From IMG/VR virus record IMGVR_UViG_3300020172_001601, positions 64,198-128,197 of that record: DNA of 64,000 bases; one strand, 5' to 3'. This document shows, one piece after another, positions 24,500 to 33,621 of this stretch (positions within the stretch are counted from its first letter, which is position 1; the number at the start of each line of letters is the position of its first letter). Source of the DNA: a virus. The notes beneath the pieces are model-generated. The model did no database searches, was not told the DNA's origin, and saw only the letters and a program-made list of their open reading frames with translations. The position numbers and the translations under genes are program-made.

Positions 24500-24567
24500 G
24501 CCCCTGGTGATGGACACAGCAGATCGTTCTAAGGTCAGCGTTGAGGGTTCGATTCCTTCCGGGGGCG
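24500..24567 (+). tRNA. tRNA, anticodon unresolved (loop region GTTCTAAGG; possibly TCT)
   Basis: Acceptor GCCCCTG/CGGGGGC; T-arm GAGGG-TTCGATT-CCTTC. Confidence 0.5.
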
Positions 24568-24697
24568 CTTGGGTCAAATGCCATGATGGGAGTACATTCT
24601 GTTAAAATGACCCCTCTCATCGAATAATTTGTTGACCCATTTTTTAGAAATTGTGCCTACCATTGGCACTTACTCAAGCTAAGGGTACGGGCGTGTA

Positions 24698-25126
24698 ATG
24701 GCAGTCAAGAAGAGGTTTGTCGAGTGTGAATGCGGCGAGGTATTCATAGAAGGCAAAAATAATCAACTTGAAGGCAATACAGCATTAGGTCCGTGGCGTC
24801 TCAAAGACAATCGCAAGCGTCAAGGCAAGACTACACAGCAGGGCGATATTTTAGCGGCTATATTTGAACGCAGTGTATTCTGCATCAAATGTAAAAATGA
24901 ACTAATGCGAGAAAAACGTCAGTACGAACTGACGCCGCCAGTCACACAGTCTGATGAACCAGTTACATCGTATTCGACTCGTGAGTTTGTGTATCGACAG
25001 GCTCCAAAGCCAACTGCGAGTGACTTGAGCGCTGTGAACATCAGTGTTTCGTCAGAAGGATACAATGCTGGTGAGTTGATCGCCGTAGATCAAGTCATAG
25101 CTGGATATGGTAAACATGGCTCGTAA
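24698..25126 (+). CDS. hypothetical protein
   Basis: 142-aa ORF; 3' end overlaps tRNA-Arg(TCG). Confidence 0.4.
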   Translation: MAVKKRFVECECGEVFIEGKNNQLEGNTALGPWRLKDNRKRQGKTTQQGDILAAIFERSVFCIKCKNELMREKRQYELTPPVTQSDEPVTSYSTREFVYRQAPKPTASDLSAVNISVSSEGYNAGELIAVDQVIAGYGKHGS

Positions 25127-25188
25127 GTGTACCGGAAACACGCTGGTCTTCGGAACCAGAAAAGCAGGTTCGATTCCTGCACGGGCTA
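25118..25188 (+). tRNA. tRNA-Arg (TCG)
   Basis: Acceptor GGCTCGT/ACGGGCT; anticodon arm CTGGT-CTTCGGA-ACCAG. Confidence 0.7.
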
Positions 25189-25191
25189 CTC

Positions 25192-25530
25192 ATGAAATAT
25201 GAAAAGATGGAAAACTTGCGACCCTGGGAAAAGAATCCTAAACAATATCTGTTATGCAGAAAGCATAGCATGGTGTTCTTAGAGGGTTGGGAGTGTCCAG
25301 ATTGTGAGCGGTCCCAGGCTCGAAACATATTCGATCCTTGGGAGCCGAGCGTTGAACAAGATCAACAAGAAGAAAACCACGACCCGCTCATTCTGAGTAT
25401 GGTCGCAGCGGCAGCAGAAGAAAAGATTCCTATGCCGGGCGTTTACAAACTTGAAGTATGTCCTCTACACAACTTACAATATGTGGCGGGGCTAAATGAA
25501 TGCCCGGAATGTAAATGTTGGGCCTCATGA
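25192..25530 (+). CDS. zinc-finger protein (two CxxC pairs)
   Basis: CPDCERS and CPECKC. Confidence 0.4.
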   Translation: MKYEKMENLRPWEKNPKQYLLCRKHSMVFLEGWECPDCERSQARNIFDPWEPSVEQDQQEENHDPLILSMVAAAAEEKIPMPGVYKLEVCPLHNLQYVAGLNECPECKCWAS

Positions 25531-25601
25531 TTCGGTAACTCAATTGGCAGAGTAGCAGACTCTTAATCTGTTTGTTGTGGGTTCGACTCCCACCCGGATC
25601 A
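25529..25601 (+). tRNA. tRNA-Lys (CTT) further copy
   Basis: Acceptor GATTCGG/CCGGATC; anticodon arm GCAGA-CTCTTAA-TCTGT. Confidence 0.75.
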
Positions 25602-25828
25602 CTATGGAAAACTTCAAAGGCATATTGGCTGGAGTTGGAATAAACGACCTACAGATGTTAGGCCGAGCCGTCAGGCCCTTGAACAACAAGGACGTTACTT
25701 GGAATGGCTCTCAATATTCCATCAATGCCTTTTTCGATCAATTTGGATACGAAACGCCGATTCATTTGACGATAAAGAAAAAGAAAAAGTATCGCTCGAT
25801 TGACGAACCGTTCGAGCCGAGTTGGTAA
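25577..25828 (+). CDS. small protein ending KKKKKYRSIDEPFEPSW
   Basis: 83-aa ORF with shared C-terminal motif; 5' region overlaps tRNA-Lys, true start may be downstream. Confidence 0.35.
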   Translation: MGSTPTRITMENFKGILAGVGINDLQMLGRAVRPLNNKDVTWNGSQYSINAFFDQFGYETPIHLTIKKKKKYRSIDEPFEPSW

Positions 25829-25831
25829 TAT

Positions 25832-25904
25832 AGTCGCATAGCTCAGTTGGCAGAGCATCACCCTGATAAGGTGGGGGTCGGTGGTTCAAGTCCACCTGCG
25901 ACTA
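25832..25904 (+). tRNA. tRNA-Ile (GAT) second copy
   Basis: Acceptor AGTCGCA/TGCGACT; anticodon arm TCACC-CTGATAA-GGTGG. Confidence 0.8.
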
Positions 25905-25909
25905 CTTGA

Positions 25910-25938
25910 TTTACAATGCCACCCATTCGTGGTACAAT
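25910..25938 (+). promoter_or_regulatory. sigma70-type promoter TTTACA-N17-TGGTACAAT
   Basis: Upstream of ORF 25965. Confidence 0.5.
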
Positions 25939-25964
25939 AAAGCATTCGTAGCTTTAACCATTGA

Positions 25965-26507
25965 GTGAGTTCGATGAATACTCAGTATTTCTTCATCCAT
26001 GTAATCCTGCTTGGGATTTTGACAGTTGTTGCATTCGTTGCCGCAGTGATTCTAGCAATCATTTGGTATAACGAAAAAGAAGAAAATCCAAGTTGGATGA
26101 TTGGCTCAAGAACAAAATGGGGCATAGCGTCTGTGCTTTGTTTTCTTTTGTTCGGCGGCGGTCTTGGTTGGTGGATTGCTTCTGGCAACGAGCCGTGGCG
26201 TCATGAATATACGTCCCTGCACGATATTAAGGACGTGACGTTCCCTGATGGAACGAAAGTGCAGATGTTTACTTGTGACAATACCCATCACAATGTAACG
26301 TCCATGTTCGGCAAAGTGATTGACGAGAAGGAATGGCAGATTCGCCGAGTTCGGTGGAGTCCGTTATACCTGGGAGTGAGTTGGTCTTGTTGTACAAGGT
26401 GTCAACAAGGCGATCACTATTTTCTTGAACATAAAAAGGGCGAACAACCCTCTATTGAATTGCAGGATAATCTTCCAGCAGAAAAGCTGCCTCCACCGGC
26501 TAAATAA
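25965..26507 (+). CDS. membrane protein
   Basis: Two N-terminal hydrophobic helices. Confidence 0.4.
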   Translation: MSSMNTQYFFIHVILLGILTVVAFVAAVILAIIWYNEKEENPSWMIGSRTKWGIASVLCFLLFGGGLGWWIASGNEPWRHEYTSLHDIKDVTFPDGTKVQMFTCDNTHHNVTSMFGKVIDEKEWQIRRVRWSPLYLGVSWSCCTRCQQGDHYFLEHKKGEQPSIELQDNLPAEKLPPPAK

Positions 26508-26615
26508 GTTGAACCCGGTCTGCTAGTGGTGGGCGTTTTTGCTGTTTCCTGCTCCGGTATCAGTTTGAATGTCTCCCGAAGATTAACAGCGTCAGGAGCA
26601 TTACGGGTTTAAGAA

Positions 26616-26688
26616 GCGGAATGCGCATAATGGCTGTTGCCCCTGATTTCCAATCAGGTCTGAATGGGTTCGATTCCCATATTCCGCA
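26616..26688 (+). tRNA. tRNA-Gly (TCC)
   Basis: Acceptor GCGGAAT/ATTCCGC; anticodon arm CCTGA-TTTCCAA-TCAGG. Confidence 0.75.
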
Positions 26689-26692
26689 CTAT

Positions 26693-26764
26693 GCGGGTGT
26701 AACTCAATGGTAGAGTACCTGCCTTCCAAGCAGGTTGTTGTGGGTTCGAGTCCCATCGCCCGCT
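26693..26764 (+). tRNA. tRNA-Gly (TCC) second copy
   Basis: Acceptor GCGGGTG/CGCCCGC; anticodon arm CCTGC-CTTCCAA-GCAGG. Confidence 0.8.
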
Positions 26765-26847
26765 CTAATCACCCTCCATGCCTCTTTTTGTGATTGCAAG
26801 TAGCAACGCTACCGATTACAATTACGCACACTTTGGAGGGTTTTTTC

Positions 26848-27231
26848 ATGAAACAAGAAACTGAAGATAAGATAGTTGCAGAGTTCCCGGAATACTTTCC
26901 TGATTTCCGTGGCGATCCGACCAAGACTTGCCTTGCGTGGGGCCTAGCTGTTGGCGAAGGCTGGAGTAACTTGTTCCACCAGTTGTGTCGTGATATAAAA
27001 GCAACCAACCCACCCGAAGGTTTCAAGTTCGAGCAGGTCAAGGAAAAGTTCGGCGGTTTGCGAGTGTACGCTTCTGGCGGCACGAGCGAGATCGGCAAAT
27101 TGATTGATGCCGCCGAAAACGATTCCTATACGATATGCGAAAATTGTGGAACTAAAGACGGCGTGAAGTCCGAGGGTGCTTGGATTACTACCTTGTGTGG
27201 CAATTGTCGTGGAACGATCAAAGCTGTATGA
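26848..27231 (+). CDS. hypothetical protein
   Basis: GGAGGG RBS, ATG 26848; Cys-rich C-terminus. Confidence 0.45.
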   Translation: MKQETEDKIVAEFPEYFPDFRGDPTKTCLAWGLAVGEGWSNLFHQLCRDIKATNPPEGFKFEQVKEKFGGLRVYASGGTSEIGKLIDAAENDSYTICENCGTKDGVKSEGAWITTLCGNCRGTIKAV

Positions 27232-27237
27232 GTAAAT

Positions 27238-27310
27238 GCCGGTGTAACTCAGTTGGTAGAGTAGCAGTTTTGTAAACTGCCTGTCGTGGGTTCGACTCCC
27301 TCCACCGGCT
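27238..27310 (+). tRNA. tRNA-Thr (TGT) second copy
   Basis: Acceptor GCCGGTG/CACCGGC; anticodon arm GCAGT-TTTGTAA-ACTGC. Confidence 0.75.
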
Positions 27311-27314
27311 CTTT

Positions 27315-27524
27315 TTGACAAGTCTGATTTGTGACCTATGCTTCAAGCAGGAGGCCACAATGAAAGTGATATGTGCTTGGTGCAAAAAAGATATGGGGCA
27401 AAAGGAACCGTTAGAAGATGATTTGATCTCTCACGGTATTTGCCCCATTTGTGCTTCTGCTATTGAGGCAGAAATACATACTCTTCAGGATATTTGCCCT
27501 GTGGGTTATTGCGATCCACAATAG
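27315..27524 (+). CDS. small Cys-rich protein
   Basis: CDLC..CAWC..CPIC motifs. Confidence 0.3.
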   Translation: MTSLICDLCFKQEATMKVICAWCKKDMGQKEPLEDDLISHGICPICASAIEAEIHTLQDICPVGYCDPQ

Positions 27525-28374
27525 GCAGAAATGGTACACCCGACTTTCCAAATATCGTGAAGTCGCCGCTCTTAGCGTGTACTCGACTGCCATAGGAGCC
27601 GTTGATGTTATTCATAAATGCCCTCAGTTCTGTGGCAGCAATCTTTCCATCCCCGTTCGGGTCGATGGCACTACTCTTCTCAGCCATAGCGTTGAATATC
27701 TTTGCCATGATATTTCCTTGAACATATGCAGCGCTTGTCTCGCTTGCCGATGAAGTAGCAAATATGGTTATGAGTTCTTGCTGGCGAGGCGACAAACTTC
27801 CAATATCAGGAAGCCCGGCACTCGCATAGCAACTCAGTTGCCACCAGAATATCTTCTGATTGTTCTTCTCAGCAATATCGGCGATGACCTTGAGGACATC
27901 TGATCTGCGTCCCATGTTGTCTAAGCTGCCACCAGGGAAACCGTGTCCAATAGTGAATAGAATCAATGTGTCGCCCGGTGTTGCATCGGTCTTGATATAC
28001 TGGTTCAGATATTGTGACAATGTTTCAATGGAGTACATTCTATCGACGGTTTCTGGATCATTATTTTGGAAGCCCATATACCGACCATCTACGAAGTGGT
28101 TGCCGACCACCTTGATGTTCAGGCCCTTTTCAGAAGCCTTCTGAGCGGCTTTAATGGCTAGATTGGCATCGCCGTCAGCCATGTGTTCTCTGGAGTGCTT
28201 GATGCACAACAAGCGAATCTTGGGGGTTGGTGCTTCGGCACCGTAGTACCGAGTTTGCACCGTGGGCTGTTGAATAGAATTGACATTGCTACAGCCGACA
28301 ATGCCGAATATAAACACAAGCGGAAGTATCCACCCGAATAGGCGTCGATCCATCGTATACCTCATTTTGAACAA
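27460..28374 (-). CDS. lipoprotein, clan CD cysteine peptidase-like (C11/C13/caspase-like His-Cys dyad)
   Basis: Lipobox IVGCS after signal peptide; FTIGHGFPGG (His) and WWQLSCYASAG (Cys); one of three minus-strand genes in the window. Confidence 0.5.
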   Translation of the reverse strand: MFKMRYTMDRRLFGWILPLVFIFGIVGCSNVNSIQQPTVQTRYYGAEAPTPKIRLLCIKHSREHMADGDANLAIKAAQKASEKGLNIKVVGNHFVDGRYMGFQNNDPETVDRMYSIETLSQYLNQYIKTDATPGDTLILFTIGHGFPGGSLDNMGRRSDVLKVIADIAEKNNQKIFWWQLSCYASAGLPDIGSLSPRQQELITIFATSSASETSAAYVQGNIMAKIFNAMAEKSSAIDPNGDGKIAATELRAFMNNINGSYGSRVHAKSGDFTIFGKSGVPFLPIVDRNNPQGKYPEEYVFLPQ

Positions 28375-28414
28375 TCCTTGTTGCTACATCTAGTTATGAA
28401 AGTGGGGACGATAA

Positions 28415-28807
28415 ATGGTAATCGTCGGTAGAATATCCTTAGTCGATCATCCTACGGCTGCTCACCTACAAGTTGGCACAATTCAGGGCAAAACCGTTGT
28501 TGTGGGTCGCCACTATGACGAAGGCACCTTTGGATTTTTCATTCCAAATGGGGCGATTGTGCCGGACAAGCTGGCTGATGAGATGTGGGTGAAGGGCAAA
28601 TTGTCCGGCAAAAACAAGGATCGGGTCAAAGCCAGGGAGATGCACGGCGTTTTTTCCGAAGGGCTGTTTTACGGCAGTCGGTACTTTGTGGTACAATCTG
28701 GAGAAAAGGTCTACATCGACACGCCAAGCTGGAACCCTGCCTGGGTTGAGGGTCAAGATGTAGCGAATGAAGTGGGCGTTCTTGAAAGTGGCCCACTATC
28801 AACTTAA
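28415..28807 (+). CDS. hypothetical protein
   Basis: 130-aa ORF. Confidence 0.4.
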   Translation: MVIVGRISLVDHPTAAHLQVGTIQGKTVVVGRHYDEGTFGFFIPNGAIVPDKLADEMWVKGKLSGKNKDRVKAREMHGVFSEGLFYGSRYFVVQSGEKVYIDTPSWNPAWVEGQDVANEVGVLESGPLST

Positions 28808-28850
28808 AATACTGAGTCAGTAGTCCATACATAAGGAGTAGTGCTTCAAT

Positions 28851-29189
28851 ATGAGTGAAACAATAACGCTCCCGGAGCCAAAAGAGAAAGTAGATAACAA
28901 GACTGATAATAAGACTAAGCGTCAACCGCCATATAACGTCATTCTGATGAATGACGACGATCATACGGTCGAATATGTCGTGACGTTGTGCCAAAAAATA
29001 TTTGGCTTTCCAATAGAGAAGGGTCTATTGAAAGCCAAAGAGGTTCACGAACAGGGTCGGTCTATTTTGTGGACTGGCGCTCTCGAATTGGCCGAGTTGA
29101 AGCAAGAACAAATTCACGCTGTTGGCAAAGACCCGCAGATTAAACGCTGCAAGGGTAGTATGACTGCGGTACTGGAACCGGCAGCGTAA
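28851..29189 (+). CDS. clpS: ATP-dependent Clp protease adaptor ClpS
   Basis: YNVILMNDDDHTVEYVVTLCQKIFGF...EVHEQG aligns with the ClpS core [24 protein letters not shown]...AVHYQG. Confidence 0.8.
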   Translation: MSETITLPEPKEKVDNKTDNKTKRQPPYNVILMNDDDHTVEYVVTLCQKIFGFPIEKGLLKAKEVHEQGRSILWTGALELAELKQEQIHAVGKDPQIKRCKGSMTAVLEPAA

Positions 29190-29199
29190 CAGGAGAACA

Positions 29200-29661
29200 A
29201 TGAGAGGAATATTGGTTTCGCTGGCCGTTGTATTCGGTTTTATAATCGTGGTCGCTCTCGTGTATCAAAAACCAAGCGAGCCACAACAGATTGCTGTTAT
29301 ATCAACAGAATCACCCATCCCCGCTCCCACACAAGTTGAGCCTCAAGTAAAAATAGATAATCCTCCGGCTGTTAAAATGCCGGAGCCAATGGTAATCACG
29401 TCATATAAAGACGTGAATCGCATTCCAGATGCGGGTCTTCGCACCTTTGTTCGCCGCAAGGCAGATTTTCGTCACGATAATGTTCTCTTCTTTGAGTGGA
29501 AGGGCATTTCTGGTGACAAGATGACTGGTGAGGTTAAAGACAAAAAATACACGATCACTTTGCATCCTGCACATACCGTCATGTTTGGACAAGAAGTTGT
29601 GCATCGCCAGATATTTGTGATTCCAGCTTCGTACCCTTATGTTTGCGAAGTCGCCAAGTGA
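29200..29661 (+). CDS. secreted or membrane-anchored protein
   Basis: N-terminal hydrophobic segment. Confidence 0.4.
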   Translation: MRGILVSLAVVFGFIIVVALVYQKPSEPQQIAVISTESPIPAPTQVEPQVKIDNPPAVKMPEPMVITSYKDVNRIPDAGLRTFVRRKADFRHDNVLFFEWKGISGDKMTGEVKDKKYTITLHPAHTVMFGQEVVHRQIFVIPASYPYVCEVAK

Positions 29662-29683
29662 GTGAATGTCTATACTGTAGATC

Positions 29684-29917
29684 ATGAACCTTTGGCTTAA
29701 ACTCGCCGTCGCAAGAAGGATTGCAGCGGAACTACAAATCAAGTATTGTGGCGTTCCTTACGGCGACGACTCCGAGCCTATCGAAGACGAGATGATCGAA
29801 CATCTCTGGAACCATCCAGAATACGATGAGGATATGTGGCTCAACGTCCATTGGGACGACTTCGATTGTGTTTGCTGGGTCCAGATTGGGGTCGGTCTTG
29901 AACTCGTTCCGAGATAA
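29684..29917 (+). CDS. small acidic hypothetical protein
   Basis: 77-aa ORF. Confidence 0.3.
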   Translation: MNLWLKLAVARRIAAELQIKYCGVPYGDDSEPIEDEMIEHLWNHPEYDEDMWLNVHWDDFDCVCWVQIGVGLELVPR

Positions 29918-29919
29918 AC

Positions 29920-30189
29920 ATGGCAAGAATCAGTAAAATCATTTGGATCGAAGATGATGATGGGACGATTTCTTTGGACACAATTCCTGGCATGACTCGT
30001 CAGGATATATTCCAAGCATCCCTTATCATGACCGATAAAGGCCGCATTCTGAAAAATCGTACTGGTCCGGCCAATCAAATGATTCCGTCATTCGAGCTTG
30101 TGAAGCAAGCGGTCAAGCCGCCCAAGAAAAAAACCAAGACCAAATATCGTTCGATATACGATTCGATGGATGTGAAAGCTGAATTATGA
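29920..30189 (+). CDS. small protein with C-terminal KKKTKTKYRSIYDS (partial shared motif)
   Basis: 89-aa ORF. Confidence 0.35.
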   Translation: MARISKIIWIEDDDGTISLDTIPGMTRQDIFQASLIMTDKGRILKNRTGPANQMIPSFELVKQAVKPPKKKTKTKYRSIYDSMDVKAEL

Positions 30190-30437
30190 GTGATTCAATT
30201 TGGCTGGAAGCATCGGTCAAGTTTCTCAAGACTTCATGGGAAGAAGTCCAAGACGGTGATGTGGTATATTACCAAATCATTCGGCGTCATCACGATAACA
30301 ATGCCCACGGGCCATTTATCGTTGTCGATAAAACCCGTGGCAGATTGCGGAATGGAAATGGGGTTGAATTGAATTTCAATTCTGATAATCTGCAACTATT
30401 GAAGTTCGACCTTGTGTCGATATTGATGGGCGATTAG
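30186..30437 (+). CDS. small hypothetical protein
   Basis: 83-aa ORF; stop overlaps tRNA-Val start. Confidence 0.3.
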   Translation: MSDSIWLEASVKFLKTSWEEVQDGDVVYYQIIRRHHDNNAHGPFIVVDKTRGRLRNGNGVELNFNSDNLQLLKFDLVSILMGD

Positions 30438-30501
30438 CTCAGTTGGCTAGAGCGCCACGCTTACACCGTGGATGTCGCAGGTTCGAGTCCTGCATCGCCC
30501 A
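30428..30501 (+). tRNA. tRNA-Val (TAC) second copy
   Basis: Acceptor GGGCGAT/ATCGCCC; anticodon arm CCACG-CTTACAC-CGTGG. Confidence 0.8.
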
Positions 30502-30507
30502 CTCGAA

Positions 30508-30536
30508 TTTACAAGTCATCAATTTCGTGGTATAGT
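30508..30536 (+). promoter_or_regulatory. sigma70-type promoter TTTACA-N17-TGGTATAGT
   Basis: Upstream of ORF 30546. Confidence 0.5.
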
Positions 30537-30545
30537 TCCATCACT

Positions 30546-31013
30546 ATGGCACAGAAACTTTTTATTCCGAATCTCGGAACGCTGATGATTTTGGCTGAAG
30601 ATTGGACCTTCAAGCTCTATTTTGAGGGTCGCAACTCCACCTTGTTAGAGGCGTTCGGCGGCGAAAAGAAGGCATGGTGGTCCCAACATCGTGGGTTGGA
30701 CCCCAAATACTTCGTGAACGGTGAAATCCCGTCCTGTGTCGAGTACGAGAAGGCCATGTCGGAAGAAGAGTTGGGTGAAGCCTACCAATCCTTCCGGGCC
30801 ACGAATGCCAGGGACAACCCGTTTATCCGGGTCACGTTTCCCAAAGGCACTCAACTCAAGGTTGACCGAATCTATATTCGCCGAGGCGGTGAATCATTCA
30901 GTTCTGTGACGTTTCGTACCACCAAGATTTCTCCTGATAAGCGCTTCGCAAGCAAGCGATTTTGGGTTAAACTTCGTGAAGCTAATGAAATTGTTGCTGA
31001 CGTTATTGGGTAG
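30546..31013 (+). CDS. hypothetical protein
   Basis: ATG 30546; track start 30468 lay inside tRNA. Confidence 0.4.
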   Translation: MAQKLFIPNLGTLMILAEDWTFKLYFEGRNSTLLEAFGGEKKAWWSQHRGLDPKYFVNGEIPSCVEYEKAMSEEELGEAYQSFRATNARDNPFIRVTFPKGTQLKVDRIYIRRGGESFSSVTFRTTKISPDKRFASKRFWVKLREANEIVADVIG

Positions 31014-31057
31014 TTCGCCCAAGCTATAAGCAACATACTCAAATTTGGAGACAGTTT

Positions 31058-33004
31058 GTGGAACAGCTAGTGTTTTATGCGGTCGCAGCAGGCGTTGTCC
31101 TACTCAGTGGTTTGTTTTTGTTTTGGCTCGGCTTCCGATATATCCCCAACCCAAAAGTGGGCATCGTCGAAAAGCTATGGTCCCGCAAGGGATCATTGAG
31201 TGAAGGCAACATCGTTGCCCTCAACGGCGAGGCCGGTTTCGAGGCTGATATTCTTCGAGGCGGTTTTCATTTTGGATATTGGCGGTGGCAGTATTCCGTG
31301 CATAAACGGCCTCTGATTACCATCAAGCAGGGCAAGATGGGTTACGTCTTTGCTCGCACTGGCGAAGCACTAGGCCCTAGCCAAACGCTTGCCAAGGTCG
31401 TGGATTGCAATCACTTCCAAAACGTGCAAGCGTTCCTAGAACATGGCCAGAAAGGTCGTCAACGAGCCATTCTTCGTGAAGGCGTATACGCCATCAACTT
31501 GGCTGTATTCAGCGTCATTACCGAAGACGGTATTTTCGCTATTGACGCCGACCGTGATCTGGCCGAATGGCAGCAACACTTGGCAGAAATCAACGGCTTC
31601 GATCCAGTTGTGATTGGCAGTAATGCCGAGAACAAAACTGACAATATCGGCGTCGTAACTACGCATGATGGGCCTTCCTGCCAACAGGGAGAAATCATTG
31701 CTCCTCCTGTCGGCAATGAAGTTGGTGATGAAAACTATCACAACAACTTCCAGGACGTTGAAGCCTTCTTGAAAGCTGGTGGTCGTCGTGGAAAGCAATA
31801 CGCCAGCTTGATCGACGGCACATACTTCATCAATCGTTGGTTTGCCACGATTGAGCTTATCCAGAAGGAAACCATCGAGATCGGCGAAGTCGGTGTCGTG
31901 GTGAGTTACTTCGGTAAGCAGGGCGACGATACATCCGGCAAGCAGTTCCGACACGGCGAACGAGTCCATCAGGGCGAGCGTGGTGTGTGGGACAATACGC
32001 TGGGGCCGGGCAAGTATCCGTTCAATACTTATGCTGGCAAGATCATCCGTGTGCCTACGACAAACTTCGTATTGCACTGGATCACCGGCAAGTCCGAAGG
32101 TCACAAGTATGATGAGAGCCTGAAGTCCATCGACTTGATTACGAAGGATGCCTACGAGCCGATTCTACCGCTTTCCGTGGTGGTGCATATCGACTACCAG
32201 AAGGCTCCGAACGTCATTCAGCGATTTGGCGACGTGAAGAAGTTGATTACGCAGACCATCGACCCGATGTTGTCGGCGTACTTCCGAGACGTGGCGCACA
32301 AGAAGACTATGTTGGAACTTGTCCATAGCCGTGATGAAATCCAGCAGCAGGCTCGGAATGAACTCAAGGCGAAGTTTGAACAGTTCGACATTCAGTGTGT
32401 GGACGTGCTGATCGGTAAGCCCGAAAGCAAGTCGGACGATGGCAAGATTGAGAATTTGCTCGAACAGCTTCGTCTCCGTCAGTTGTCGTTGGAGCAGATC
32501 GAAACCTACGGCAAGCAAGAGGCGGCAGCGGCTAAACGTCAGACGTTGAATGAAGCCAACGCTAAGTCTGAAATGCAGGCAGAATTGACTCAATCCTCAA
32601 TTCAGATCAGCATTCAGACGAACGAGGCTGAAGCACAACTGGCACGAGCCAGGAAAGACGCCGAGCGTAAGGTCGTTACGGCCAAAGCCGACAGCGAAAG
32701 TATTTCGCTTGAAGGCAAGGGTCAATCCGACAAGATCAGCTTGGTTGGTACGTCCGAAGCTGACGTGCTTCGCAAGAAGGTCGAATCGTTCGGCGATGGA
32801 AAGTTGTACGCTTTGTCCTTGGTGGCTGATGCACTGTCTCATAGCGAGCAACCGCTTGTGCCTGAGACGGTTCTTGGTGGCTCAGGTGACAATGGCGGCA
32901 TGATGGCAACTTTGATCGGTTTGATTACCGCCGAGAAACTTGGCGTTAAGATCGGGCCGATTCAGAAACCGGAAGTGCAACCTGCCGAGGCCGAAAAGGT
33001 CTAA
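31058..33004 (+). CDS. SPFH/band-7 (flotillin-like) membrane protein with long coiled-coil C-terminus
   Basis: N-terminal TM helix then GFRYIPNPKVGIVEKLWS... SPFH-like; E/Q/A/K-rich coiled coil. Confidence 0.6.
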   Translation: MEQLVFYAVAAGVVLLSGLFLFWLGFRYIPNPKVGIVEKLWSRKGSLSEGNIVALNGEAGFEADILRGGFHFGYWRWQYSVHKRPLITIKQGKMGYVFARTGEALGPSQTLAKVVDCNHFQNVQAFLEHGQKGRQRAILREGVYAINLAVFSVITEDGIFAIDADRDLAEWQQHLAEINGFDPVVIGSNAENKTDNIGVVTTHDGPSCQQGEIIAPPVGNEVGDENYHNNFQDVEAFLKAGGRRGKQYASLIDGTYFINRWFATIELIQKETIEIGEVGVVVSYFGKQGDDTSGKQFRHGERVHQGERGVWDNTLGPGKYPFNTYAGKIIRVPTTNFVLHWITGKSEGHKYDESLKSIDLITKDAYEPILPLSVVVHIDYQKAPNVIQRFGDVKKLITQTIDPMLSAYFRDVAHKKTMLELVHSRDEIQQQARNELKAKFEQFDIQCVDVLIGKPESKSDDGKIENLLEQLRLRQLSLEQIETYGKQEAAAAKRQTLNEANAKSEMQAELTQSSIQISIQTNEAEAQLARARKDAERKVVTAKADSESISLEGKGQSDKISLVGTSEADVLRKKVESFGDGKLYALSLVADALSHSEQPLVPETVLGGSGDNGGMMATLIGLITAEKLGVKIGPIQKPEVQPAEAEKV

Positions 33005-33106
33005 GCAACTCTGACAATTGTTGAATTCAACCGATCCCGTGGTCAAACTGCGGGATCGGTTTTTCGCTGTAAAAAAGACGAAAATTCGTGGTACAATGGA
33101 GGACAT

Positions 33107-33358
33107 ATGAAAGAGCCATTGAGAGGACCGAACCTGGAAGGTTTTTCAGTTGGTGCGTGGTGTCCGACACCAGATGGCACGGGGAAACCTACAGCGGTCG
33201 CCATCACTTTGCAGGTGAAGGGATTGGGAGATTTGGTTATGCGACTAAAATCTCCAGAACGTGTCGATGAAATGGTGCGATTGCTCCTACAATATAAGCA
33301 GGAGGTTTGGCCGAAACCGACAACGGATGGTCAGCATAGGCACGCAAGCCTCAACTGA
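33107..33358 (+). CDS. small hypothetical protein
   Basis: 83-aa ORF after promoter-like TGGTACAAT at about 33089. Confidence 0.35.
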   Translation: MKEPLRGPNLEGFSVGAWCPTPDGTGKPTAVAITLQVKGLGDLVMRLKSPERVDEMVRLLLQYKQEVWPKPTTDGQHRHASLN

Positions 33359-33361
33359 TAT

Positions 33362-33432
33362 TGCCCGATGGTGTAATGGTAGCACAATTGACTTTGACTC
33401 AATTAGACCAAGTTCGAGTCTTGGTTGGGCAA
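33362..33432 (+). tRNA. tRNA-Gln (TTG) second copy
   Basis: Acceptor TGCCCGA/TTGGGCA; anticodon arm ATTGA-CTTTGAC-TCAAT. Confidence 0.75.
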
Positions 33433-33621
33433 CTATGGCAAGATCACTACATAAAGATCAAAGCATCACTCAAAAGAATGATGCCAGCAGCATTGGGAAC
33501 AAGCGTCGGAAGGCTCGTAAGGCCAAGACGAATTCCAATAAACGTGACCGTCAATTTCTAAACAAAGACCTAAAGGAACAGATCATGAGCTTGTGCTAAC
33601 TTAAACGAAGCCCGGTCCTCG

